This document shows, piece by piece, positions 37,420-49,920 of a DNA stretch of 64,000 nucleotides; position 1 is the stretch's first letter; every line of letters starts with the position of its first letter. The notes under the pieces were generated by a model that saw nothing but the letters and a program-made list of their open reading frames with translations, had not been told where the DNA came from and ran no database searches. The stretch is from Squalus acanthias (Eukaryota): assembly GCA_030390025.1 (NCBI GenBank), contig CM059433.1, positions 27,406,001 to 27,470,000 on the forward strand, given 5' to 3'. A program made the translations under genes and the position numbers.

Positions 37420-38500
37420 GTATACAACACAAAAGGAGCAATGGAGACCATCGTGCCTGTGCCAACTCTTTGCTAGATGAAACCAAAACCAACCCTACTG
37501 CTCTGCTCTCTCATCATAGCCCTCCATTCTTCACTGCTTCAAATATTTATCTACTCTTTTAAAAGATGCAATGGTCTCTGCCTGAACTACTTCTTGTGCC
37601 AAAGAATTCCATGCTGTAACAACTCTCTCTCCTAACTCACTTGGTGATATTTTTAAGTTGATGACCCCTTGTCATTGATTCCCCAGAGAAAATTGCCTTT
37701 CCTTGTGCAGCATATCATAATTATAAATCCTCTCTGCCCCAGTGGAAATTTCCCAGTATCTCAAGTCTCTTCTCATAACTATAGTTTCTCATCCCTGGTA
37801 TCATCCAGGTGAATCTATGTTTTACGCTGTCTAACCATTTAATGACCTTTTATAAAGTTTACCATTGCCTTGTACAAATTTATCATTACCCCTTTGCTCT
37901 TATACTCTATGCCTCCATTTAAAAACCCCAAAGTACAATTGAACTTTATTATGGATTTAGCTACCTGCACTTTTAAGGAATTATGTATTTTCACCCCAAG
38001 TTTCTCAGTTCTACCATTCCTTGCAATGTCTTTTCGATGAGTGTATACTATACTCCCATTTCTTGTCATCCCAAAATACATTACTTCATACTTTTCCACG
38101 TTAAATTGCATCTGCCACCTTTCTACCCATTCTACTAACCTGTTTTACAATCCTTCTCACTGTTTGCCAAATCTCCGACTTTTGTGTTATTACCAAATTT
38201 CAATATTTTTCACTCAATGACCAACTCCAAATCTATATATACAAAAGTGGACCCTGTACTGACCCATGGGTATACCACTTCTGACCCTTCTCCAATCTGA
38301 GCAACACCTATTAGCCCAAATGCTTTGTTTTCTGTCTGTCAACCAACTTTCTGCCCATGCTGCTACATTTTCTTTTGTACCCCTGAATTTTTGTAACAAA
38401 TCTCCTGAGAGACATCTTATAAAATGTTTTCTGAAAATTCATATGTGATACATCTACTGCATTCCCATCATCTATATAATCAATTGCTTCTTCAAAGTAA
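37420..38500 (-). mobile_element. Old CR1 RT fragment
   Basis: Degenerate VD...FQK.F, WQMQFNVEK and GIEYKSK motifs. Confidence 0.7.
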
Positions 38501-38733
38501 TCTGAACTTGTATATAGGTGACACAATATCAAAATTTGAAGGCAACCCAGAATAGGAAGCATGATTAACTGTGAAGAGGACTGTAAGCTACTTCAGGGGC
38601 ACATAGACAGGTTAGTAGATTAGGCAGGTAAATTTAATGCGAAGAAATGCAAAATGATAGATTTTTGAAGAATAAAGAGAGGACGTGTACAATAAATGGT
38701 AAAACTTTAAAAGGAGTAGAGACTTCAGATATA

Positions 38734-39255
38734 GGGCCAGAAATTCAGCTCTTGTCGGGTGACTACGCGCTGTGTACTCACCCATAAGGCCACCTGAAGT
38801 GCCGGTTTCCTGCATGCACTGCGCATGCGCGGGAAACCGGAACTTCCGTTCCCCTGAAGGAAGGGGTTCAGAAGTCGAACGCGTGCGCGGAAGAGGACTG
38901 CGTGCACGCAGCGAACTTCGTTTTTTTTTTCAGGTTTCTCCGGGAGGGTAAGTATGGAGAAGCTGCACTTTTAAAAAGGAGGCGCAAGGCCTGTTTTTAA
39001 CAAGGTAAGTGGTTAATTAATTACAATTTAAACATTTTTTCAACAGGTTTATCTTTTTCAGATACTTTAAAGAAAGGTAAGTTTATTTTTAGCACCGTTA
39101 AAAAGTATAATTAATTTTTTCAAAAATTAAAATTTTTGTTTAAAGTAGTTAATTTATGTAACTTATAGTTATTTTAAAAATGTGATGTTTTTTTTAAATT
39201 TATTTGAAGTTTAAGTGTGGTTTTGGGGCCGATCTCTATTCATAGATTTGACAGG
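38734..39255. mobile_element. Harbinger-type MITE (family A), right end deleted
   Basis: Starts gggccagaaattc; homologous to the left two-thirds of 10243-10974. Confidence 0.75.
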
Positions 39256-39896
39256 TCTTCCTGTTTCCTTTGGCAAGTGGGTCAGATTTGGACTTGGTCA
39301 TTGAGTGAAAAATATTGAAATTTAGTAATAACACAAAAGTCGGAGATTTGGGAAACAGTGAGAAGGATTGTAAAACAGGTGAGTAGAATGGGTAGAAAGG
39401 TGGCAGATGCAATTTAACGTGGAAAAATAATTGGCAAAAGAACTAGAGGGGAAATGAGAATTTTTTTCACACGGGGTTGTTAAGAGCTGGTACGCACTAC
39501 CTGAAAGGGTAGTGGAAACAGATTTCATAGGAACTTTCAAAAGGCAATTGGACATGTACTTGAAGAGGACTAACTTGCAGGGTTACTGGGGAAAAATGGG
39601 GTGTGGGCCTAAATTGGACAGCTCTTTCAAAGAGCCAGCACAGGCACGCTGGGCCGAATGGCCTCCTGTGCTGGAAGATTCTATGGTTCTTGGTTTTATA
39701 AATACAGGTATAGAGTGCAAGAGAAGACACTATACAATTGAATATTGTGGCCAATTTTGGGCACCCTACTTTAGCAAGAATGTCAAGGACAAGGGTGCAA
39801 AAGAGATTCGGTAACATGATGCCAGGGACAAGAGACTTTAATTAGGAGGAAACTAGAGAAACTGGTGCTCCTTTCATTAGAACGGAAAAGATTAAG

Positions 39897-42578
39897 AGGT
39901 GGGGTGGCAGTGCTGATTAAGGAAGATATTGTAATGTTGGAAAGGGAGGATGTTCTTGAGGGGTCAAGAACAGAATCCATTTGGTTAGAGTTGAGGAGCA
40001 AAAAGGGTATGATCACTCTATTGTGGGTATTCTACAGGCCTCTAAATAGTGAGAGGGAGGTAACGGAGCAAATCTGTAGGGAAATCGCAGAGATATGCAA
40101 GAGCTATAGAGTGGTGATATTGGGGGACTTTAATTACCCAAATATCGATTGGGATAATGCTAGGGTAAAGGGAAAGGGGGGGGAGGAATTTCTGAAATGT
40201 GTTCAGGAGAATTTCCTTGACCAATATGTTCTTGGCCCAACTAGGAAGGAGGCATTGCTGGATCTGATGCTGGGGAATGAGGTGGGTCAGGTCGAACAAG
40301 TGTCTGTGGGAGAACACTTGGGTACGAGTGATCATCGTATCATAAGATTTAGATTAGCAATGGAGAGGAGCAAGGAACAATCTAGAGTGGAACTTCTAAA
40401 CTGGAGTAGGGCTAACTTCAATGGCATGCGAAAGCATCTAGCCAGGGTAAAATGGAACCAAAGACTGACAGGAAAAACTGTAACGGAACAATGGGTGATC
40501 TTTAAGGAGGAGATGTTCCAAGTACAGGCTAGGTACATTTCAACAAGAGGGAAGGGTAAGGGAACCAAAGCAAGGGCTCCTTGGATGAGGAGGGAGATAG
40601 AGAAGATGATGAAACAAAAAAGAGGGTGTATGATGCATGTCAGGTGAATTCTTCAAGGGAGAACCAGACCAAATACAATAAGTTGAGAGGGGATGTGAAG
40701 ATGAAAATAAGATTGGCAAAGAGAGAATATGAGAGTAGAATGGCGGTTAACATAAAAGGGAACCCAAAAATCTGCTACCGGCATGTAAACAGTAAGCGGG
40801 TAGTAAGAGGCGGGGTGGGGCCTATTAGGGATAAAGAGGTGATATATGCTTAGAGGCGCAGGGCAAGGCTAGAATACTCAATGAGTACTTTGTATCGGTG
40901 TTTACTAAGGAGGTGGATGCTGACAAAATATCGGTAGAAGTGGAAAAGGTAGAAGCAATGGAAGGGGTGAAAATTGATAGACAGGATGTACTAGAAAGGC
41001 TGGGTATGCTTAGAGTGGACAAGTCGCCTGGTCCAGATGGCTTGCATCACAGGTTGCTAAGGGAATTGGCGGAGGAGATAACGGAAGGGCTTGCCATAAT
41101 TTTCCAATCTTCCCTAGATGCGGGGGAGGTGCCTGAGGATTGGAAAGTGGCAAATGTGACACCATTGTTCAAGAAAGGGTGTAAGGACAATCCTAGTAAC
41201 TACAGGCTGGTCAGTTTAACATCAGTGGTGGGTAAAGTTTTAGAAACAATAATCAAGGAAAAAATTAACGGGCATTTGGAGAGGTTTAAGCTAATTAAGG
41301 AGAGCCAACACGGGTTTGTAAAAGGCAGATCGTGTTTGACTAATTGAATTTTTAATGAAGTAACAGAGAGGATTGATGAAGGGAATGCAATGGATGTTGT
41401 CTACTTGGATTTTCAGAAGGCGTTTGACAAAGTACCACATAGAAGGCTGGTTAACAAAATTGAGGCTCATGGAATAGGTGGGTCAGTGGCAGCTTGGATA
41501 AGGAATTGGCTTAAGGACAGAAAACAGTGAGTTGTGGTAAATGGCTGTTTTTCAGACTGGAGGATGGTACACAGTGGTGTTCCCCAAGGGTCAGTGCTGG
41601 GGCCGCTGCTTTTTTTGATATATATATAAATTACCTGGATATTGGAATACAGAGTAGAATTTCTAAATTTGCTGATGACACCATACTTGGAGGTGTGGCA
41701 AACAGTGATGATGATACCAATCGACTGCAACAGGACGTAGAAAGGCTAGCAGAATGGGCAGACAAGTGGCAGATGGAATTTAATACAGAGAAGTGTGAGG
41801 TGATGCATTTTGGCAGAAGAAACAGGGAGATGCAATATACACTTAATGGCACAGTTTTAAAGAGTGTGCAGGGACAGAGGGACCTGGGAGTTAATGTGCA
41901 TAGGTCCCTGAAGGTGGCAGGACATATTGAGAGAGTGGTTAACAAAGCATATGGGATCTTGGGCTTCATAAATAGAGGTATTGAGTACAAAAGTAGAAAA
42001 GTTATGCTGAACCTTTATAAAGCGCTGGTTAGGCCACAACTGGAGTATTGCGTACAGTTCTGGTCACCACACTTTATGAAGGATGTGAAGGCCCTTGAGA
42101 GGGTGCAGAGGAGATTTACCAGAATGGTTCCGGGAATGGGGAATCTTAGCTACAAGGACAGGTTGGAGTAGCTGGATTTGGTTTAATTAGAGCAAAGGAG
42201 GTTGAGGGGTGATTTGATAGAGGCGTACAAGATTATGATGGGTTTGGATAGGCTAGACGGGGAAAGGCTGTTCCCACTAGTTGATGGTACAAGGACTAGG
42301 GGACACAGATTTAAGGTTTTGGGCAAGTGATACAGGGGGGATGTGAGGAAAAACTTTTTTACACGAGTTCTGATGACCTGAAATTCGCTGCCGACAGAAG
42401 TGGTGGAAGCGGAGACACTCAATGTTTTCAAGGGGAGACTGGATAGGCACTTGAGGGAAATAAACTTGCAGGGCTACGGGGATAGAGCGGGGGAATGGGA
42501 CTGACTGGATTGCTCAACAGAGAGCCAGCACGGACTTGATGGGCCGAATGGCCTCCTTCTGTGTCGTTATGACTCTAT
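39897..42578 (+). mobile_element. CR1 LINE ORF2 (partial endonuclease, RT, 3' UTR), degenerate, nested in an older CR1
   Basis: GGVAVLIK, GDFNYP, SDH, KSPGPDG, SKFADD. The older CR1 resumes near 43500. Confidence 0.9.
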
Positions 42579-43480
42579 GGGGGAAAAATTCAGTATCACC
42601 CCATTTGGGGCGCAATTATCGGCCGGGCGCAAAGATTAGCGCCTGGCGCTAATTATCGCCTCCGACTGCAAACTTGGCTTTTATCGCCCCTGGAGGTGAT
42701 CGGAGCACTAAATCAGGCGCTTCACACCTGTCTTAAGGCGCAAAGGCCGAGGAGTGAGGCGCTACCTCAGAGCGCTGGCGAAGCTCATGTGATGTCAGTC
42801 AGCAATGGAACAGAGACACAATGGCGCCGGCCAGTTCTTAAAGCGGAGGGTTGATCTTGCTCTCCATCCACATCCTGCTCATTGCAGCCTTGAATCTCAG
42901 CCTGGAGAGACCTGTACATCAAATCTGCTGGAAAGAACAATGGAGAGAACCAGGGAAAGAGCTCAGAGTGCAGCCCCCACAGTCTCTGCTAAATAGATGC
43001 AAGGAAGGGCAAATCAAAATTAACCTGCAAAGTGCTGCTCAGTACCCAAAACTCCTTCACACAGCGTTGAATCTCTCCAGAAGTCTCTCTCTCTCTCTCT
43101 CTCTCTCTCAGAATGCGTGGTGCAAAAATATCACCAACAAAAAAAGGCAGGAAGCGTTCACCTTTAAATAGCGCTCCCCCAGTCCCTTCCTGACCGCAAA
43201 ACGCTCCCCTCAACCTGTCGTTGCTAGCGGCAGGCGGTAAGGCAGGGGGTGCCACTCAATATCTGCTGCGGGACGCTACCGGGGCGTTGCGCACTCGACT
43301 GACGTCACGATCTGCCGGCACAGGAGATCGTGGCGGTAGTGTTTAGCGCCGCCGCAAAATGTCTGGTCAATTTCGTGAGAGGCGCTGAAATCGCCGCGCC
43401 CGGGCGCTAGTTGCTTTGCGCCCCATTAACGCCCTCTTAAGGCGCTAACGGGAGGCACAAACCAACTGAATTTTTCCCCC
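42579..43480. mobile_element. Non-autonomous Harbinger element
   Basis: Perfect 16-bp TIR gggggaaaaattcagt and TAT TSD; inserted in the CR1 microsatellite tail. Confidence 0.88.
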
Positions 43481-44265
43481 TATGACTATGACTCTATGAG
43501 ATCTAAAAGAGGTGTTCAAAATTATGAGAAGTTTTGCTAAAAGTAAATTAGGTAAAAACTATTTCCACTGGCCTGTGAGTCTGTAATTGAAGGGCAGAAG
43601 TTCAAGATCATCACCAAAGAAACAAAAGGAGAAGTAAGGAGATTTATTTTTACAGGACAACTGGAAACTGGAAACAGTGGTAAAAGCAAAATCTGTAATA
43701 GCATTTAAAAGAGAAGTGGAGAAATATTTGAAAAATAAAATCTTAAATGGTATAAGGAAAGGGCAGAAGCATGGACTGAGTGGATAGCTCTTTCAGGTGC
43801 TGGCTGTCACTATTGATCTTGATGCTCCATTGTACTTGTGTTACAGCGGATAATTTGTGACTGCTCTATAAAACAGCAGAAGCAGGGTTAACCAGCATAC
43901 TTTGCAATACTTAAAAAGCTGAAGCAATACTCAAGTCAACTTTTGATTAGTGCGCCAACAACAATTTCTAGGCTCAGGACAGAAGGAAAATGTTCACGTC
44001 CTGGAGACAGTTAGGAGAAGACCCATCATGCTGATCCCCAGCATCAGTGGACTGAACTATGAGGTTAGATTAGAGAAACTGACTATTTAGCCTTGAAAGA
44101 AGATGACTAAGGGAGAGATCTTATAGAAGTATTTAAGATATTTGGTACAGAAAAGTAAGCCTGAATATTATTTCAAGGTAAATTGTGATGGGAGGACAAG
44201 AGAAACTGAGACAATTTAGCCTTGAAGGAAGATGACCAATCTTAAAGAAGTATTTAGGGTTTTTT

Positions 44266-45582
44266 TTAATTCATTTATGGGATGTGGGCGTCACTGGCAA
44301 GGCCAGCATTTATTGCCCATCCCTAATTGCCCTTGAGGAGGTGGTGGTGAGCCGCCTTCTTGAACTGCTGCAGTCCGTGTGGTGAAGGTACTCCCACAGA
44401 GCTGTTAGGTAGGGAGTTCCAGGATTTTGACCCAGAGACAATGAAGGATCGGCGATATACTTCTACGTCAGGATGGTGTGTGACTTGGAGTGGAACTTGG
44501 AGGTGGTGGTGTTCCCATGCGCCTGTTGCCCTTGTCCTTCTGGGTGGAAGAGGTCGTGGGTTTGGGAGATGCTGTCGAAGAAGCCTTGGCGAGTTGCTGC
44601 AGTGCATCTTGTAGATGGTACACACTGCAGCCACGGTATGCCGGTGGTGGAGGGAGTGAATGTTTAAGGTGGTAGATGGGGTGCCAATCAAGTGGGCTGC
44701 TTTGTGCTGGATGGTGTCGAGCTTCTTGAGTGTTGTTGGAGCTGCACTCATCCAGGCAAGTGGAGAGTATTCCATCACACTCCTTACTTGTGCCTTGTAG
44801 ATGGTAGAAAGGCTTTGGGGAGTCAGGAGGTGAGACACTCGATGCAGAATATCTAGCCTCTGACGTGCTCTTGTTGCCACAGTATTTATGTGGCTGGTCC
44901 AGTTAAGTTTCTGGTCAATGGTGACCCCCAGGATGTTGATGGTGGGGGATACGGCGATGGTAATGCCATTGAATGTCAAGAGGCGGTGGTTAGACTCTCG
45001 CTTGTTGGAGATAGTCATTGCCTGGCACTTCTGTGGCGCGAATGTTACCTGCCACTTATCAGCCCAAGCCTGAACGTCGTCCAGGTCTTGTTGCATGCGG
45101 GCATGGACTGCTTCATTATCTGAGGAGTTGTGAATGGCACTGAACACTGTGCAGTCATCAGCGAACATCCCCATTTCTGACCTTATGTTGGAGGGAAGGT
45201 CTTTGATGAAGCAGCTGAAGATGGTTGGGCCTAGAACACTGCCCTGAGGAACTCCTGCAGCGATGTCCTGGGGCTGTGATGATTGACCTTCAATCACCAC
45301 AACCATCTTCCTTTGTGCTAGGTATGACTCCAGCCAGTGGAGAGTTTTCCCCCCCGATTCCCATTGACTTCAGTTTTACTAGGGCTCCTTGATGCCACAC
45401 TCGGTCAAATGCTGCCTTGTTGTCAAGGGCAGTCACTCTCACCTCACCTCTGGAATTTTGTCCATGTTTGGACCAAAGCTGTAATGAGGTCGGGAGCAGA
45501 GTGGTCTTGGCGGAACCCAAACTGGGCATCAGTGAGCAGGTTATTGGTGAGTAATTGCTGCTTGATAGAACTGTCGATGACA
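44266..45582 (-). mobile_element. LINE (CR1/L2-group) RT 3' half with an open 327-aa segment
   Basis: [10 protein letters not shown] and MFADD motifs; tail gggcaataaatgctggcc. Confidence 0.9.
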
Positions 45583-46171
45583 GTATAGAAAAGGTAAACC
45601 TGAGCATTATTTCAAGGTAAATTGTGAGGAGAGGACAAGGGGTCATAGGTTAAAACTGGTGAAGAGTAAATTAGGACTGATGTCAGGAAGGATTTCTTCA
45701 TGCAAAGAGTAATTAATAGTTGGCATAGACGTGTAGGAAGAATAGTTCAGGAAAACCTTAGAATTCAAGAGGCTATTGGATTGCATGATGGGTGGATTGT
45801 AGGTTTTTCTTTTTGTGCCATAGTAATGGGAGGTGGTGATTTGTGAGATGAATGTTAAGATGCTTTGCTGCTCCAAAAGTACAGAGTAGAAACAGGCAAG
45901 CTTACCCATTCACACGGTAGAGTCGAAGCACAAATCTGTCTTAAAACCCAAAGCTCAAATCAAGCCACTAAAACCAAGCCACTAAACAAATACACATACA
46001 AGATCTCTCCAGTAAGGAGACTGCACTGAGACTGCAACTGGTTTGGATTGGGTACGCTGTGCTTTTTCACATGGAAGCTATTGACAACTGCTTAAATATA
46101 CGTTATGATTGAATTGAGTAGTTTCTTTGGGTAAGCACGGTTTCAGTTACAGCCTTATTTAAAAACTAAAG

Positions 46172-46553
46172 GAACTATTTCACTCAGAGGGTGGTAGGTC
46201 CATGGAATATGCTGCCCCAAAAAGCTGTAGAAGCTACATCATTACATAAATTTGAAACAGAAATAGACAGTTTCCTAGAAGTAAAGGGAATTAAGGGTTA
46301 CGGGGAGCGGGCAGGAATTTGGACATGAGTCTAGGTTCGGATCGGTCATGGCCCTGTGGGTAGCGTAGCGGGCCCAGGGGCCGTGTAGCCTGATTCTGCT
46401 CCTATTTCGTGTGTCCAATTCTGTTAGGTTCAGGAGATAGTTCTGTGATAGTAGATTGGCGGTTAGGATCAGATCAGCCATGATCTTATTGAATGGCGGA
46501 GCAGGCTCGAGGGGCCAATTGGCCCACTCCTGCTCCTATTTCTTATGTTCTTA
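46172..46553 (+). mobile_element. CR1 3' end, same subfamily as the env insertion
   Basis: Highly similar to 9112-9500, including the doubled 3' UTR. Confidence 0.9.
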
Positions 46554-47460
46554 TTATGTAAAGTTTGATGTATTGGCTGCAGGTTTTTGTTTGTGATGTG
46601 TCCCTGGCAAATCATATTATTTGTTTATTGCTGTGCTATCATTTTTGAATGTGATGTGGCACTTTATTAAACCAAATAATTCTATTTTACTAAGACATGG
46701 GCTTAGAATTTCCTTGAAATTAGTTACAGTACTGTTGCACCTTTTAAAATTAGTGTTGTGTCCTCTGGTTGCCTCTAGAGGGAGATGCACATGTTTTGTA
46801 TTCCCATTGATGCAAGCTTTGGTGTAAAATTGGTATAAAACGGGTGTAAGTAGCTGAACTACTTGGAAACTTCTGTGCAGCCTTTAAAAAGACAGTTCAG
46901 CCTGCAGTCTTCAGTAATAGACTGGGAGACAAACAGATAAGACAGCAACAATACATAGTTGCATAGGGGGAAAAATTCGGTACTTAGCGCCTCCCGTTAG
47001 CTCCATCTGTTGGCGCTAATGGGGCACCAGAGCATTATTGCTGGGGCGAGGCAAATCCCGCCTCCCCCCACCCCCCCACCTGCAGCGCCACCGCTAACAG
47101 TTATCGCCGGGAGCCTCAACACCCAGTGGATTGTGATGTCAGTGAGTGTGCAACGCTCACTGACCACCTGATCTGCGAAATTGATTGTCGCCACCTACCT
47201 TAGCACCTGGAGTAAACAGCAAGAGGGAGAGCTGGCGTGAAATAATAGGAAGCCGGCTCCAGGGATGTTATTTAAAGGGATGATCAGTAATGAGTTGCAG
47301 CTGTAGGTTAATGGAGGTTCAGTGCTTTCTTGTCAGTTTCACATAGTCCAACAGTCTCATTCCGTAATTTCAAGGTTATTTAGTATCAGGAGTGTTGTGG
47401 CAACTAAAAAGTAGCTACATTTATTCTTAAAAATTCAAACTGCTACACTTGGTTACATTA

Positions 47461-48600
47461 ATGGGGGCTGTACTGGCAGTTGACCTCGCCCTCCAGGATC
47501 TACAGCGGAGGGCGCAGAGGCAGCGAGTAAGACTGGAACATGTGCCCAGAGGGAGGAGGAGGGCCATCAGGGCTTTCAACAGGAGGGCTTACCCTCCAAG
47601 CGTATTCCAAGAGCACTTCTCCTACCTCCAATTAATTGAGGAACAGTGTTTTAGAAGGCTCCGCTTCACCAAGGAGGTGGTCACAGAACTCTGCCACCTC
47701 CTGCAACCAGACCTCCAGCCTCAGATCAGGGCAACTACGGCTATCTCAGTGGCAGTCAAGGTCACCGTCGCCCTCAATTTCTTCACCAGCGGATCCTTCC
47801 AGTCTGCAGCTGGAGACATTGCTAACATCTCGCAGTTCGCCATCTATCGCTGCATCCGGGAGGTCACAGAGGCTCTCTACAGTTGGAGAAGGGACTATAT
47901 TTCCTTCCCCATCGACAGAGAGAAGCAGGACAAGCATGCATGTGGCTTTGCCAGGATAGCGGGATTCCCCATGGTGCAGGGCGCCATTGACTGCACCCAC
48001 ATCGCTTTGCGAGCACCGCATAACAATCCTGAGATCTTCCGTAATCGCAAAGGGTACCACTCACTTAATGTGCAGTTGGTGTGCGACCACAGACAGCTAA
48101 TCCTCAATGTCAATGCCCACTATCCTGGCAGCTGCCATGATGCCTTCATCCTGCACCAGACTGGTATGCCAGCACTCTTCCAGCCACCACGTCAAGCTCG
48201 CGACTGGCTGGTTGGAGACAAGGCTATCCGCTCTCCACGTAGCTCATGACTCTCTTCCGCAACCCCAACACTCCTGCCCAGCACTCATATAATGCGAGCC
48301 ATGCTGCCACCAGGAACATCATCGAGCAGACCATCAGCCCGCTGAAGCAATGGTTCCGCTGCCTTGACCACTTGGGAGGAGCCCTCCAGTGCTCGGCTGA
48401 TCAGGTGCCCCATTTTGTGGTGGTCTGCTGCATGCTGCACAACTTGGCCATCATGAGGGCCCAGCCCTTGCCACCAGGGATTGTGGGACCACCTCAGGAG
48501 GAGGAAGAGGGAAAGGAGGAGGGGGAGGAGGAAGATGATGAGGATGAGGAGGAGGACAAGGAACAGGAGCAAGGGAGGAGGCAGCCACTCAATCGGTGTC
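47461..48600 (+). pseudogene. Harbinger transposase (frameshift near 48230)
   Basis: VTVALNFF.SGSFQ, GAIDCTH, NRKGYHSLNVQLVCD, HDAFIL, GDK, IEQ, CCMLHN and an acidic tail. Confidence 0.9.
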
Positions 48601-48810
48601 CGGAATGGCGATCCGTGATCGCCTCATCAGACTGCAGTTTGAATGAAATAAACCTCAGATCGCCGTTGCTCCCCACATCCCTATCATTCCATCCCTGTCA
48701 CAGGCCATATCACAGCGCAAAGCTGAAATGAGACACACCACAAAAGAATCCAAACTGAATTAATAAATTTAAAAAAATCAGTGAACACATATTTACAACA
48801 AAAATATTAA

Positions 48811-49920
48811 CTATTCACCCTTGTGCAATCCCTTAGTGCCTCGCGTTACTGTGGCTTTGCCTACTCTAGTGCTCCTACGAAGTGTTGGCCCAGTGGCTGC
48901 AGCAGGGCTGGTGGAAGGCTGTTGAGTGTCCATGCGGGAGACTTCAGATGGCCTTGCAGGACGCGCTCGATCAGCTCTGGGCCTGGAAGGCCTGGCTGTA
49001 AACTGCACCACCTCAGCATGGGCGGCAGCAGTCTGGGCTGGCTAAATGAAAGGCAGCGACAAAGGCAATGGCGGAGTGGCAGCAGTGGGAGCAGGAATGC
49101 TGTCATCCTGAGATAGGACAGCAGGTTCCTGCTTCACTGACCCACTGCCACTCCCCTAGTGCAGCACCTCAGCATCCCTAGCAATCTGTTGGAGCAGAGA
49201 TTGCTTGCCTGCTGTGACACTGTGAAAGCCCCGGTCGACGGTGGTAGACCCAGCCATGATGGCAGCAATCAGAGCTTGCATGACATCAAGTTGAGACTGC
49301 ATGAGGCCAGTCTGAGATTGGATGCCACCAAGCATAGACTGCATTACAGCACTAAGACATGCCGTCGCTTCCACCTGTGCTGCAATGGAAGCTGCCAGAT
49401 CGCCCATCACACGTGGCATCAGGTCTGGGTCGCCACGGTCTCTCTGGAGTCTACCATCCTTTGCAGACTGGAATTGATGGGCTCCATGGTGTGTGCAGAG
49501 CCTTGTGCAATGTTGGAGGCGGACTCCACCACGCTCTTTATCATTGCCGAGAGGCTCTCTGGTACTCTTGCCATTGCACCTATGATCTCCGTGTGCCTGC
49601 CCATCACCTTTCTTAAAAACGCCTCCCCATCGAGGTCCTCATCTGAGTTCTGTGCAGCAGAACTCGCACATGAACTCGCCCTCCGGAAAGCTGGCCCCTG
49701 AGCTACCCTTTCTCCCTGGCCTTGCTTCAGTCCACTTGTCCCCGGAGTCTCACCCTGTGCAGATCCCACTACTATACTAGCCTCTAAAGAACGCGGAGTG
49801 CCAGTATCTGAGCTGGTGCCTGCGGGTGAGACATGCAGTGATGTGGTGTGCTCTTCCTCCTCCTCTTCTCCCGTCTCGCTCTCTACGGTGCTCTCAGGGA
49901 CAGGCTGCTCAGATGCTTGC
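48811..49920 (-). pseudogene. Harbinger accessory gene 3' exon
   Basis: Homologous to 12910-13974; ends GTKGLHKGE. Confidence 0.75.

Larger units (their letters stand above)
46966..49920. mobile_element. PIF/Harbinger transposon truncated by CR1
   Basis: Left TIR gggggaaaaattcgg; plus-strand transposase convergent with the minus-strand accessory gene 3' exon. Confidence 0.9.

Noticed and set aside
45905..46097. Two tiny exon-like segments on the minus strand
   Set aside because: Would need a 64-nt intron and have no recognisable homology.
47461..48600. Domesticated HARBI1 gene
   Set aside because: Frameshifted, multi-copy and bounded by a TIR; it is a transposon copy.
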